Origin: Planctomycetota bacterium | Lineage (GTDB): Bacteria; Planctomycetota; UBA1135; UBA2386 | DNA length: 64,000 nt | Reading direction: 5' to 3' | NCBI GenBank assembly: GCA_965223545.1 | Contig: OZ245006.1 | Span: 7,072,001 to 7,136,000 of the forward strand | Shown here: in pieces, positions 6,860 through 16,261 of the stretch | How positions within the stretch are numbered: the stretch's first letter is position 1 | Layout: the number at the start of each line of letters is the position of its first letter | Program-made: the position numbers and the translations under genes | The notes under the pieces: model-generated | What the model saw: the letters and a program-made list of their open reading frames with translations, nothing else | Database searches by the model: none | Told to the model about the DNA's origin: nothing

Positions 6860-9364
6860 TCAGCGCGACAGCTGGTCGGCGACCTCGGTCAGCTCGGTGA
6901 TGGTCGCGGTGACCAGCACGGACAGCGAGGTGTTCTCGTCCGAGACGCCCTCTTGCTTGAACAGGAAGGAGATCAGCGGAATCTTGCTGAGCAGCGGCAC
7001 CTCGGCGCGGCGCTCACGGCTGAGCACCTCGCGCAGGCCGCCGATCAGCACCGAGCCACCGTCCGGCACCGACGCGCTGGTGGCGAACGAGCGCACCGTC
7101 ATCGTCGGCAGCTGCAGGATGACCGGCAGGGTGGTGCCCGCCAGCGACGTGGTGAACGTCGGGATCGGGCGGGTGAGCTCGGCCACCGTGGGCTGCAGGC
7201 TCAACATGATGTTCTTGCGGTCGTGCGCGATGGTCGGGCGCACGTCGAGCACGATGCCGTCTTGGATCACGTCGACCTTGGGGTCGGCGATGAACGACGC
7301 CTGCGCCACCTCGACGTCGAAGTCGCGGATGTAGGAGGTCTGGTTGATCACCGCCATGTTCGCGCGCTCGTTGTTGAGCACGGTCAGCATCTGGCTGTTG
7401 ACCACCTGGATGTCCTCTTGCTTCTCGATCGCCTGGATCAGCGCCTGCAGCTCGAGGTCGTCGAGCAGCGAGAACGCCGCGGTGAAGCCGCCGTTGGCGG
7501 TCAGCGCTTGACCCAGGGGGGCACCGAAGAAGTTCTCGGTGCGCGCCCGCACGTCGCCGTCGCCACCGTCGTTGAAGAACGCACCGGCGCTCGGGTTGCT
7601 GGCGGCGTCGCCCGAGCCCTGGTTGTCGAGCCCGCGCGACGCGGAGTCGTCCAACGCGTTGGTCACGTCGTCCAGAGTGGCCTCGGTGCCCTTGTTGCCC
7701 GAGCCGCCGAGCCCGCGGAAGTCCACGCCGATCTCCTGCAGGTAGTTCTGCGTGATCGTCAGGAACTTGGTCTCGATGGTCACCACGCTGGTGGCGAACC
7801 GACGTTGGTCCTCGATGAAGCGCCGCACGCGCTCCTGCATCTCGGGCGAGGCGTGGCAGAGCAGGTAGCCGCTCTCCACGTAGTCCATCCGGCCGCCGCC
7901 GTCGGCTTCCCAGTAGGTGTCGCCGCCGGTCGCGCTCTCGATGTTGGTCTTCAGCACGTCGGCTTCGATGTAGGCGACCTTCTCGTCACCCTCGCTGCCG
8001 ATGCGCGGGCCCGACAGGCCGATGTCGCCACTGGGGATGTCACGGATGATCGGCGGCAAGAACGTGGTGCGGGGGAACACCAAGTCGCGCACGTCGTGGC
8101 TGATCATGATGTCGGCGCCACCGGACTTGGCCTTGGTGGTGATCTCGACCACGCCGTTGCGGACCGTCCAGGCCAGGGTCTCGCTCTTGTCGACCATCAG
8201 GTCGAGGAAGTTGGCCAGCGAGATCGGCGCGGCGATGTCGATCTCCATCACCAGACCTTCGCCGTCGACCGCGTCGCGCGCTTCCTGCGACATCATGATC
8301 GGCACGTTGGTCATGCTGCGCAGCAGCCGGATGACGTCGCCGTAGTCACCGGTCTCCTCGGTGAACTGTACCTTCGGCACCTGCTTGGAGCGCACCAGCT
8401 CGCGCACCGCGCGGTCGTCCGGGTCGGTGGCGTCGGCCGGCACCACTCCCTGGTCGCGCATGCTGGCGCGCTTCCAGGTCGCGCGGTCGACGCGCAGAAT
8501 GTCGGATTGGGGCACCCGCAGATCCTGGTCCTGTTCGAGCATCCGCTTGAACTGCTCGCGCTTGGAGCGGCGGTAGCGCTCGGTGCTCTCGGTGCGCTGC
8601 GCCTTGGTGGCGGTGTCGTGGATCTCGCGCGCGAGGTGGTTGGTCTGGTCGAGAGTCATGGCGTCGAACGCGAGGTCGCGCGCCAGCTCGTAGTGACCGC
8701 CGTCGAACGCGCGCACCGCCTTGTCGAGCAGGTTGTCCACCCGCGCGGTGAGCCGCGCAGCGCGGGCCTCTTCGGCCAGTCGCTGCTCGCGGTAGATCTC
8801 GTCCTCGATCGCCGCCTGCTTCTCGGCGGCGTGCCGGTCGTGCAGCTCCTGCGCGCGCGCCCGCATCTCGTTGGCGCGGTCGCCGATGTCTTGCCAGTCG
8901 ATGTCTGGGGCGACGTCGATGCGCAGCAGCACCGCGTCGAGGTCGGCGATCGCGGCTTCGTAGTCCTCGTTGGTGATGGAGCGCTCCGCGGCTTCCATGC
9001 GCTGCAGGGCGTCCTGGCGCGCGCGCTGCTCGCGGATCTGCCACAGCCGCTGCATCTGCTCGGCGAAGCTCTGCCCGGTTCCCGGGTGGCCGGGTTGCAA
9101 CGCGGACTGCACCTCGGCGAGCGCGCTCAACACGTCCTGATTGGCGGGCGACAGCTCCTTCGCGCGCAGCAGCAGGGACAGCGCCTCCTCGTTGCGTCCG
9201 GAGCTGCGCAGCTCGCGGGCGTCTTGGAGGTAGCGTTCGGTGAGGAACTTGGCGCGCTCGGCCTTGAGGCTCTGCCCCTGAGGAGCCGCGGTGAGCGCGG
9301 CGGTGGAGATCAGGAGCAGGGAGAGGGCCGATGCGAGGACGCGGCGCGTCAGGACTTCGAACAT
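6860..9364 (-). CDS. Secretin (GspD/PilQ superfamily) with N-terminal TPR/helical extension, paralog A
   Basis: Signal peptide, TPR-like helices and N-domains, then secretin core VTIETKF, LTVLNNERA, GIVLDVRPTI, VPDGGSVLIGGL and VPLLSKIPLISFLFK. Start taken at ATG 9364. Confidence 0.85.
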   Translation of the reverse strand: MFEVLTRRVLASALSLLLISTAALTAAPQGQSLKAERAKFLTERYLQDARELRSSGRNEEALSLLLRAKELSPANQDVLSALAEVQSALQPGHPGTGQSFAEQMQRLWQIREQRARQDALQRMEAAERSITNEDYEAAIADLDAVLLRIDVAPDIDWQDIGDRANEMRARAQELHDRHAAEKQAAIEDEIYREQRLAEEARAARLTARVDNLLDKAVRAFDGGHYELARDLAFDAMTLDQTNHLAREIHDTATKAQRTESTERYRRSKREQFKRMLEQDQDLRVPQSDILRVDRATWKRASMRDQGVVPADATDPDDRAVRELVRSKQVPKVQFTEETGDYGDVIRLLRSMTNVPIMMSQEARDAVDGEGLVMEIDIAAPISLANFLDLMVDKSETLAWTVRNGVVEITTKAKSGGADIMISHDVRDLVFPRTTFLPPIIRDIPSGDIGLSGPRIGSEGDEKVAYIEADVLKTNIESATGGDTYWEADGGGRMDYVESGYLLCHASPEMQERVRRFIEDQRRFATSVVTIETKFLTITQNYLQEIGVDFRGLGGSGNKGTEATLDDVTNALDDSASRGLDNQGSGDAASNPSAGAFFNDGGDGDVRARTENFFGAPLGQALTANGGFTAAFSLLDDLELQALIQAIEKQEDIQVVNSQMLTVLNNERANMAVINQTSYIRDFDVEVAQASFIADPKVDVIQDGIVLDVRPTIAHDRKNIMLSLQPTVAELTRPIPTFTTSLAGTTLPVILQLPTMTVRSFATSASVPDGGSVLIGGLREVLSRERRAEVPLLSKIPLISFLFKQEGVSDENTSLSVLVTATITELTEVADQLSR

Positions 9365-9742
9365 CTGGCTTCGGAGCTTGCTGTAGGGAATCGAGAGGGC
9401 ACCCCGCGGCCGGTACGTCACGCGGACGATCGGCCGCTGCGAGAGGGTGTCGCCGACAACTCGGGGGGACGGTCTCCGGCGATCCGGGAGGCGCAGAAAC
9501 TAGCTGTCATGGGGGGGATCCGCCACCACAATCTTCTTCGCTTTGGCGCCCCTCCACGCTGTGCGGCTGGCCGCGGAACGCGGGTTCCGCGAAGGACTTC
9601 GTGCGGTTCCCCGTAGCCGATCGGGCCGGTTCGGGGCGCGCACACGGCGGTCCGCACGGGCCGCCGGCGGAGGGGGGGCGAACCCCTGGCGCCGAGTCGA
9701 CAACGACTCGGCTGGCCGACGCGCCGGCGGCCGGCTCGTTGG

Positions 9743-10318
9743 CTACTCGCCGCTGCGGGCGCCTCGGGCGCCGCGGGCGCCGAGGCCGCCGCCGAAGCTG
9801 ATGTCTTCGAAGCCCGCCTCGCGGACCGCGTCCAGCGTGGTGGCGACGTCGCCGTAGGTCGTGTCCGGGCCGGGCTCGATGACCACGCTCATCGGCTTGA
9901 GCTCGCCGGTTTCCTTGTCTCGCTGGAAGCGGCTCGTGTCGGTGGCGATCTTGCGCAGCGCCTCGAGCAGCGCGTCCGAGCTCTGGAACGGCGTCGGTCC
10001 GATCTTCCACCGGACCTGGTGGCCCTCGAGCCGGTACGACGGTTCGATCCCGGCCTCCGCCTCCTGCGCGGTCGCCTGACGGCGCGGGATCTTGGTGCCG
10101 AAGTTGTCGCAGATGATCATGATGTTGAGCTTTTCCTGCGGCTCGACCTCGGTCGTGTGCGCGCCCACATCCTTCGGCAGGTAGGCCGGTAGCTTGGCTT
10201 CCAAGATGCGGAAGTCGATGCAGAGGAAGAAGATGATGAGCAGGAACACGACGTCGATCATCGGCGTCATGTCCATCTTGGCCTCTTCCTCGATGGTTTC
10301 TCGCAGTCGTTCCTTCAT
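9743..10318 (-). CDS. exbD: ExbD/TolR-family motor subunit
   Basis: MDMTPMIDVVFLLIIFF TM helix with the conserved Asp; C-terminal VVIEPG..TTYGDV...LDAVREAGFEDISF. Confidence 0.85.
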   Translation of the reverse strand: MKERLRETIEEEAKMDMTPMIDVVFLLIIFFLCIDFRILEAKLPAYLPKDVGAHTTEVEPQEKLNIMIICDNFGTKIPRRQATAQEAEAGIEPSYRLEGHQVRWKIGPTPFQSSDALLEALRKIATDTSRFQRDKETGELKPMSVVIEPGPDTTYGDVATTLDAVREAGFEDISFGGGLGARGARGARSGE

Positions 10319-10329
10319 CGCATCGCCCT

Positions 10330-10875
10330 CTACTGAGCCTGCCTGGCCAACATGCGCACTTCCTTGTCCTCTTCGCTGAGCGCGAGCTCCAGCTTCCAGA
10401 ACGCGGCCTCGGGGAAAGTGCAGGCCTCCATGAACTTGCCGACGTAGTGCCACTCGGTCCACTTGTCGGCGCGCACCAGGACGGGATCCTCGATCGTGGT
10501 CATCCGCATGCCGCCGCCGACGACTTCGCTCTTGATGCTGTCGGGGTCGGCGACGGTCTGCTTCCACAACAGGAGGAGCGGACGGATGTTCTCGATGATC
10601 TTCTTGGGATCGTGTCCGTCGACCAATGGGTCGTAGTAGGCGTTCTTCTTGTAGATCATCTCACCGGACTGGGTGATGTTGATCACCGGCCGGTTCTCCG
10701 GCGGCTTCTCGTCCGGCACCGCGAACTCCGCCTTCGGCAGGATCAGGTCCTCGAGCTCTTGCTGGCTCAAGTCGATCACGAGCACGAAGAAGATCATCAG
10801 CAGGAAGACGCAGTCGATCATCGGCGTCATGTCCATCTGAATCTCTTGCTGGGCGCGTTTGGTTTGTTTCGACAT
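10330..10875 (-). CDS. exbD: ExbD/TolR-family motor subunit (second copy)
   Basis: MDMTPMIDCVFLLMIFF with the conserved Asp; LILPKA; VLVRADKWTEWHYV. Confidence 0.85.
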   Translation of the reverse strand: MSKQTKRAQQEIQMDMTPMIDCVFLLMIFFVLVIDLSQQELEDLILPKAEFAVPDEKPPENRPVINITQSGEMIYKKNAYYDPLVDGHDPKKIIENIRPLLLLWKQTVADPDSIKSEVVGGGMRMTTIEDPVLVRADKWTEWHYVGKFMEACTFPEAAFWKLELALSEEDKEVRMLARQAQ

Positions 10876-10943
10876 CGGTTGCTCCCGGTCTGCGGTCGGC
10901 TTGCCGCACTCCAACGAGCGCGGCGGGGGGCCGGATCAGTCGG

Positions 10944-11666
10944 TCACTCGCCCGCGCTCTTCGGACGGAAGCGCTCGAACATGTCCTCGGCGAGGGCGTT
11001 GACCTCGATGGTCGCGCGCACCACGCGGTTGCGGAACACGAAGAAGAACGCGCCGACCGGGATCGCCACGACCAGGCCGAAGATGGTGGTCGTCAGCGCC
11101 AGCTTGATGCCGCCCGCCAGCTGCGCCGGGCTGACCGAGCCGCCGGCCGCCGCGATCTCGCCGAACGTGACGAACATGCCCGTCACCGTGCCGAGCAGGC
11201 CCATCATCGGCGCCGTGGCACTGATCAGGGACAGCCAGCCGATCTTCTGGAACAGCTTGACCGACTCCTCGTCCTCCATCTCGCGGACCGCGGTCTGGAT
11301 GGTTTCGAACGGGTGCCCGAGCTTGGACAGCCCCGCGGCGACCACGTTGGTGAGGTAGGTGCGCTCGTTCTCGCAGAGCTCCAGGGCGTCCTGGAAGTTC
11401 TCTTCGTCGAACAGGGCCTCGAGCTCGTCGACCAGGTCGGGCGGCGCGAGCTTGTCGCGCTTGATCGTCATGAAGTTCTCGATGATCAGCGCCAGCGAGA
11501 TCACCGAGATGATGACGATCACCCAGCCGACGATGCCCGCGTTCTCGAACATGTCGGCGAGCGCGCTCTTCTGCTCGGTGGCTTCTTGCGCGAGCAACGA
11601 GCTGGTCAGCAGCAGAGTGGACAGGGCCGGGAGGCAGGGGAAGCGGTTCAGAAAAGTCAGCTTCAT
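10944..11666 (-). CDS. exbB: MotA/TolQ/ExbB proton-channel protein
   Basis: APMMGLLGTVTGM and LAGGIKLALTTTIFGLVVAIP signatures; signal-peptide-like N-terminus. Confidence 0.9.
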   Translation of the reverse strand: MKLTFLNRFPCLPALSTLLLTSSLLAQEATEQKSALADMFENAGIVGWVIVIISVISLALIIENFMTIKRDKLAPPDLVDELEALFDEENFQDALELCENERTYLTNVVAAGLSKLGHPFETIQTAVREMEDEESVKLFQKIGWLSLISATAPMMGLLGTVTGMFVTFGEIAAAGGSVSPAQLAGGIKLALTTTIFGLVVAIPVGAFFFVFRNRVVRATIEVNALAEDMFERFRPKSAGE

Positions 11667-11864
11667 CGATCTAAGCCGTCGGCGCGACGGCGCGAGAGTG
11701 GAGGGACCGAGGGCTGGTCCACGAGAGTGCGAATGCCGCCGCGGCGGAGGCAAAGGCCACGGCAGCGCCAGAGTGTGCGTGAGGGGGGGCGGAGACGAAA
11801 GCCCCTGCCGCGCCCACAGGCGAGAAAATCGTCCGGGGTTGCCCGGTCGTGACCACCGGTCGCG

Positions 11865-13019
11865 TCACCGCTGGGTCTCGCCGCGGGCCTGCTCGGCCCA
11901 ATCGGTGGTGGGGTATTGATCCGTGACCAGGTCGAAATAGGTCAGCGCGCGGTTGCGCGCGTCGCGCTCGCGCTCCTCGCCGAGGGCGAGCAGCACCTTG
12001 CCGAAGAAGTACAGCGACTTGGCCGAAGTCTCGGCGTTGCTGGTGTCGCGCGCCATCGCGCGCGCCAACGCCATCTGCGCCTCGCGCAGGGTGGCGGCCT
12101 CGCCACTGCCTTCGGTCGACAGAAACAGGGCCTGCCCCACCCCGGCCAGGGCGGCGGCCTGCACGCTGCGGGTACCGCTGTCCGCGTGCCGGCGGAAGTA
12201 CTGCAGCGCCTGCTGCCAATCCTTCTCGACGATGTAGGTCTCGCCCTGCGCGATCAGCGCGCGTTCCTTGAGCTCGCCCAGCTCCGCATCGGCGCCCTCG
12301 GTGCTGATGGCGCCGTCGACGGCGGTCGCGACCGACTGGAACGCGCTGCGCGCCTGGCCGGCTTCGCCGGCGGCGGCGAGGGCGACGCCGCGGTGGTACT
12401 TGGCGTGCGCGGCCCAGGTCATGCCCCAGCCGTCGGTGACGGTGCGCGACTCCAAGCTCTGCAGCGCGGAGGCGGCTTCGGTCGGCTGACCCTGCAGCAG
12501 CAGCGCGCGGGCGAGCAGCAGGTTGGCCTCGGCGACGCGCAGCCCGTCGGGGTGGTCGTTGATGTACTCCTGCAGGCGGTCGGCCGCCGCCTCGGCGGTG
12601 GCCGCGTCGGTGTCGGCCGCGCGCAGCGCGGCGCGCGCTCCGCGGAAGGTCGCCTCCGCCTTGGTCAGGTCGCGCAGCGCCTCCTTGGCGGCCTCGAGGT
12701 ATTGCGTCGCAGCCTCGCCGAACTGCCCGTTCTCGGCCAGGTTCTCGGCCAGCCGGAACGTCTCGGGCATACTGTGCCACTCGATGGCGCGCACCGTGGC
12801 CGACGGGACCTTCTTGTCGCCGTCCGGCGAGGTGTAGGTCACCTCGGCGGCGGTTGCGGCGGTCACCTCACCGCCGCGCAGGGTGGCGCCGTCGCGCAGG
12901 TGCACGACGTCGGTCTGCGCGTGGGAGGTCGCGGCGCCGGTGAGCGCGACGGCGGTCACCGCCAGTGCGCGCCACGCGGAGAGGGCGGCCGGCAGGATGG
13001 TGGTCGTGGGAGCGCTCAT
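11865..13019 (-). CDS. Exported TPR-repeat protein
   Basis: Signal peptide (..SHA-Q), small N-terminal beta module (DVVHLRDGATLRG), TPR helices, and C-terminal YFDLVTDQYPTTDWAEQA resembling BamD/CpoB-type TPRs. Confidence 0.75.
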   Translation of the reverse strand: MSAPTTTILPAALSAWRALAVTAVALTGAATSHAQTDVVHLRDGATLRGGEVTAATAAEVTYTSPDGDKKVPSATVRAIEWHSMPETFRLAENLAENGQFGEAATQYLEAAKEALRDLTKAEATFRGARAALRAADTDAATAEAAADRLQEYINDHPDGLRVAEANLLLARALLLQGQPTEAASALQSLESRTVTDGWGMTWAAHAKYHRGVALAAAGEAGQARSAFQSVATAVDGAISTEGADAELGELKERALIAQGETYIVEKDWQQALQYFRRHADSGTRSVQAAALAGVGQALFLSTEGSGEAATLREAQMALARAMARDTSNAETSAKSLYFFGKVLLALGEERERDARNRALTYFDLVTDQYPTTDWAEQARGETQR

Positions 13020-15916
13020 CGCGGGTCGTTCTCCAGGAACATGTCTCTCAGGTTGCGGCCCTCGAGGCCGAACTTCTCCAGCTGGGCGAACTCGTCGAAC
13101 GAGCGCGCCTTGTTGAACAGCGTCACGGCGTACTGCTGGTACTTGCTGTCCTTCTTCGCCGCCTCGCGCGCGAAGTGCAGCAGCTCGAAGTGGAACCGGT
13201 ACCAGTCGAGCGAGTGGTCTTCGAACGCCTTGGTCGAGTCCAGGGCGTAGGTCTTGTACTCGCCCCAGTACTTCTCGTAGGCCTCCACCGGCTTCTCGAG
13301 GCCCAAGAAGGACACGATGCGGCCGGTGCGCTCATCGACCTCTTGCCAGCCGCCGAGAGCCAGCGCGACCAGGCGCTTGAGCGGGTAGTCGTTGGGCCGG
13401 GCCGCCTCGGCCGCGGTCAGCATCTCGTGGGCCTCGCGGTACTTGTGCTGGCGCAGGACGGCGTCGCCGATCACCGGCCGGATCTGCCGGTCGAGGTTGG
13501 TGGCGAGCTCGGCGTCCTCGCCGAAGCGCTCCAGCGTGTCGTTGCCGAGCTTCTCGACCAGCGGCCAGTCGCGCAGATCCTGGGCGTGCTTGATGGTGTG
13601 GTAGGCGATCGTGTACTGCGGGTCGCCGGAGTCCCGCAAGTACGCCTGGCCGATGGCCACCGTCTTGCGCCGCAGGGTGTCGAGGGCCTCGCGGGCCGCC
13701 TCGGCGTCCTCGCCACGGGTCTCGATGGCGGCGACCTCGGTCTCCTGGGCGCCGACCTTGTCGTGGTAGGCGCCGAAGATCGCGCTGGCCAGAATCGGCA
13801 CCGTGGTGTCGCGCGGCGCCAGCTCGATCAGCTGGCGCTGCTTCTCTTCGGCCTTGTCGAGGTTGCCGAGTGCGATGTAGCAACGCCCCTGGTAGTAGAT
13901 CGCGCGCGGCACCATCGCCGGCACCGCCTCGCCGTGGGACGCCTCGAACTCACCCAGAGCGCGGATCGCCTCGGGGATCTTGGTGGCGTCGGCCTCGCGG
14001 TTGTCGCCGCCGGTGCCCTCCTCGTAGAGCATCGCTCCCTCGGCGAAGGCGATCTCGCCCTCGGCGATGCGCCGCACCTGCTCCGCCGCGTTGTCGTCGT
14101 CGGGCAGATTGGCGTCCTTGGTCTGGCGATAGGCGCGGTAGTCCGCGATCGCCTTGCGCGCCGCGTCGAAGTCCCCCATCCGGTGGTGGCACATCGCGAT
14201 GCGCGCCTGCGCCCACTCGTAGTAGAGCTCGCCCTTGGGGATCGAGCGCAGCTGGCGCAGCGCCCCCTCGTAGTTGCGCTTGCCGAACTCGCGCAGCGCT
14301 TCGTTCCAGATCCGCTTGGTGGCGTCCTCGGCCGAGCCGAAGCGGACGACCAGTCCGTTGACGTCGTCACCCAGGCTGTTGAAGAACGCGTCGTTCTTGG
14401 CGTTGCTGCGCACCTGGTTGAGGGTCTTCTGGATCATGTCCGCGGCGCGGCTGACGTGGTTCTTGTCCTCGCCGTCGCCAAAGCGCTCGAGTCCTTCCTT
14501 GAGCGCCATGGTGGCCTCCAGCACGCGGCCCTGCAGGGCCATGCTATGGCCGATGACGAAGTGCGCCTCCATGCCGTGCTCGGCGAGCTCGGCGTCGGTC
14601 ATCATCGACAGCGCGTGGTGGATGCCGGTGATCGCGCGCTCGTAGTTCTTGGCGATGTAGTCGCCCTTGGCGACCTCGAGCAGCAGGCCGCCGCTGACGC
14701 GCTGCGACTGCGCTTCGAGAATGTCCTTCAACGCCGATTTGGCGCGCAGGCCGACGAAGTCATTGCCGTGCCAATCGTTGATCGCCTGCACGATGGTCAA
14801 CGCGCGGTTGAGCTCTTCGTCGCTGCCGCCGTCGGCGAGCGCCTGGGCGTAGGCGAGGTACATGCCGTGACCGAAGCGCTCGTCCTCTTTGCCCTCGTCC
14901 TCGACCGGCTGCTCGAGATTGGTGAGCGGGACGCCGTAGCCGCCGAGGCGGTTGCGGTAGTCGTCGACCAGCGTCATCACCTCGGCGCGCTTGCCCTGCT
15001 GGAGCAGCACCAGCGCAGCGCGCTCGTAGGCTTCTTCCATGGTGACGACCATGAGCTCGCGGACGTCCGAGGACAGCTGCAGGGACTCGTCGGTGAGCAC
15101 GGTGTCGGCGGACTGGATCACGCCCTGGTAATTGGCGACGGCGTCGTCGAGCTCGCCGACCACCTCGTCGTTCTGCGCGTATTCGAACAGGGCGCGCTGG
15201 CCGAGGGCGGTCTCTTCACCGACCTCGAAGATCAGCTCCTCCAGCTCCGAGCGCGAGCGCTCGGCGAGATAGCTGCGGTCCTTGGCCACCGCGCGGGCGT
15301 GCTCGCGCAGCAGGATGCCCTTGCGCATCCACGCCAGGTGGTAGTCGGTCCACAGCCGCGGGTTGTCGTCCTTGCGCGACTCGAGCGCCTGCTTCACCGC
15401 GTCGCACGCGTCCTCACCGGCGCGGAAAACGGCGGCGGCATCTTCCTCGAGCTCCGGCACCTTCGCCGGCTCGTCGGCGCGGGCCAGCTCGAGCTCCTCG
15501 GCGAGAAACCGGCCGAACTCGAGCGACGCGTTGGCGAGCGTCATGCGCGCCGCATCGGCGGCTTGGCCGTCCGAGTAGCGGCTCAGGAAGTCGCGGACCT
15601 TGTCGAGCGCCTCTTTGTAGAGCGTGCGGCGCTCGGCCCGGTTGCCCTCCAGCTGGGCGCCGATCAGCGAGATCTCGATGCCGAGCTGCGCGACGCTCTG
15701 GAAGTCCTCGCCGTCCTTGTAGCGCAGCTTCAGCCGGTCGACCTCCGACTGCGCCAACGAGATGAAGCGCAGCTTGGTCGCCAGATCGCGGACGAACGTC
15801 AGATCGCGTTCGAGGCGGCTCTGTTGGGCGACGAGGGGCACCGAAACGGTGCCCGCCGCGAGGATTGCGAGGGCCGCGGGGTACGCGCTGCGCCGGAGGA
15901 AAAAGCGTGCCGTCAT
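13016..15916 (-). CDS. Large exported TPR/alpha-solenoid protein
   Basis: Signal peptide after ATG 15916; all-helical TPR-like repeats; ATGA overlap with the downstream TPR gene. Confidence 0.75.
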   Translation of the reverse strand: MTARFFLRRSAYPAALAILAAGTVSVPLVAQQSRLERDLTFVRDLATKLRFISLAQSEVDRLKLRYKDGEDFQSVAQLGIEISLIGAQLEGNRAERRTLYKEALDKVRDFLSRYSDGQAADAARMTLANASLEFGRFLAEELELARADEPAKVPELEEDAAAVFRAGEDACDAVKQALESRKDDNPRLWTDYHLAWMRKGILLREHARAVAKDRSYLAERSRSELEELIFEVGEETALGQRALFEYAQNDEVVGELDDAVANYQGVIQSADTVLTDESLQLSSDVRELMVVTMEEAYERAALVLLQQGKRAEVMTLVDDYRNRLGGYGVPLTNLEQPVEDEGKEDERFGHGMYLAYAQALADGGSDEELNRALTIVQAINDWHGNDFVGLRAKSALKDILEAQSQRVSGGLLLEVAKGDYIAKNYERAITGIHHALSMMTDAELAEHGMEAHFVIGHSMALQGRVLEATMALKEGLERFGDGEDKNHVSRAADMIQKTLNQVRSNAKNDAFFNSLGDDVNGLVVRFGSAEDATKRIWNEALREFGKRNYEGALRQLRSIPKGELYYEWAQARIAMCHHRMGDFDAARKAIADYRAYRQTKDANLPDDDNAAEQVRRIAEGEIAFAEGAMLYEEGTGGDNREADATKIPEAIRALGEFEASHGEAVPAMVPRAIYYQGRCYIALGNLDKAEEKQRQLIELAPRDTTVPILASAIFGAYHDKVGAQETEVAAIETRGEDAEAAREALDTLRRKTVAIGQAYLRDSGDPQYTIAYHTIKHAQDLRDWPLVEKLGNDTLERFGEDAELATNLDRQIRPVIGDAVLRQHKYREAHEMLTAAEAARPNDYPLKRLVALALGGWQEVDERTGRIVSFLGLEKPVEAYEKYWGEYKTYALDSTKAFEDHSLDWYRFHFELLHFAREAAKKDSKYQQYAVTLFNKARSFDEFAQLEKFGLEGRNLRDMFLENDPR

Positions 15917-16261
15917 TGTCTTCAGTGGGATGTCCTGGGCCGTGCCACCCGTGGTCGCTAGAGCCGGTGTGATCGCCGGTTCGGCTGCCGGGATGAGGTC
16001 GTGGCCGGGGTTTGAAACTGAAATGGCGAGCAAACCTCGGAGAGGGCGGCCGAGGTTCTTTGGGGAGGAGGAACGGGGAGTATAGCGAGGGGTTCAGCGG
16101 CTGCACGCATCGCCTTGACGCGGCGGTGCGCGGCTGGCGAACGGCCCGGACCGGCCAAGACGCTCGGTGCCGCAGGGCCGCGGCGCCCGGGCGGCGCTCA
16201 CCGCCGCGGGGGGCGGGGGGGGACGGCGCGCGCCTCGGGGCGTGGGCGCGCCGCCGGCGGC

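Noticed and set aside
16208..16246. G-run cluster (G6, G8, G4, G3) that might form a G-quadruplex
   Set aside because: One loop is long, G-runs are common at this GC content, and there is no independent support.
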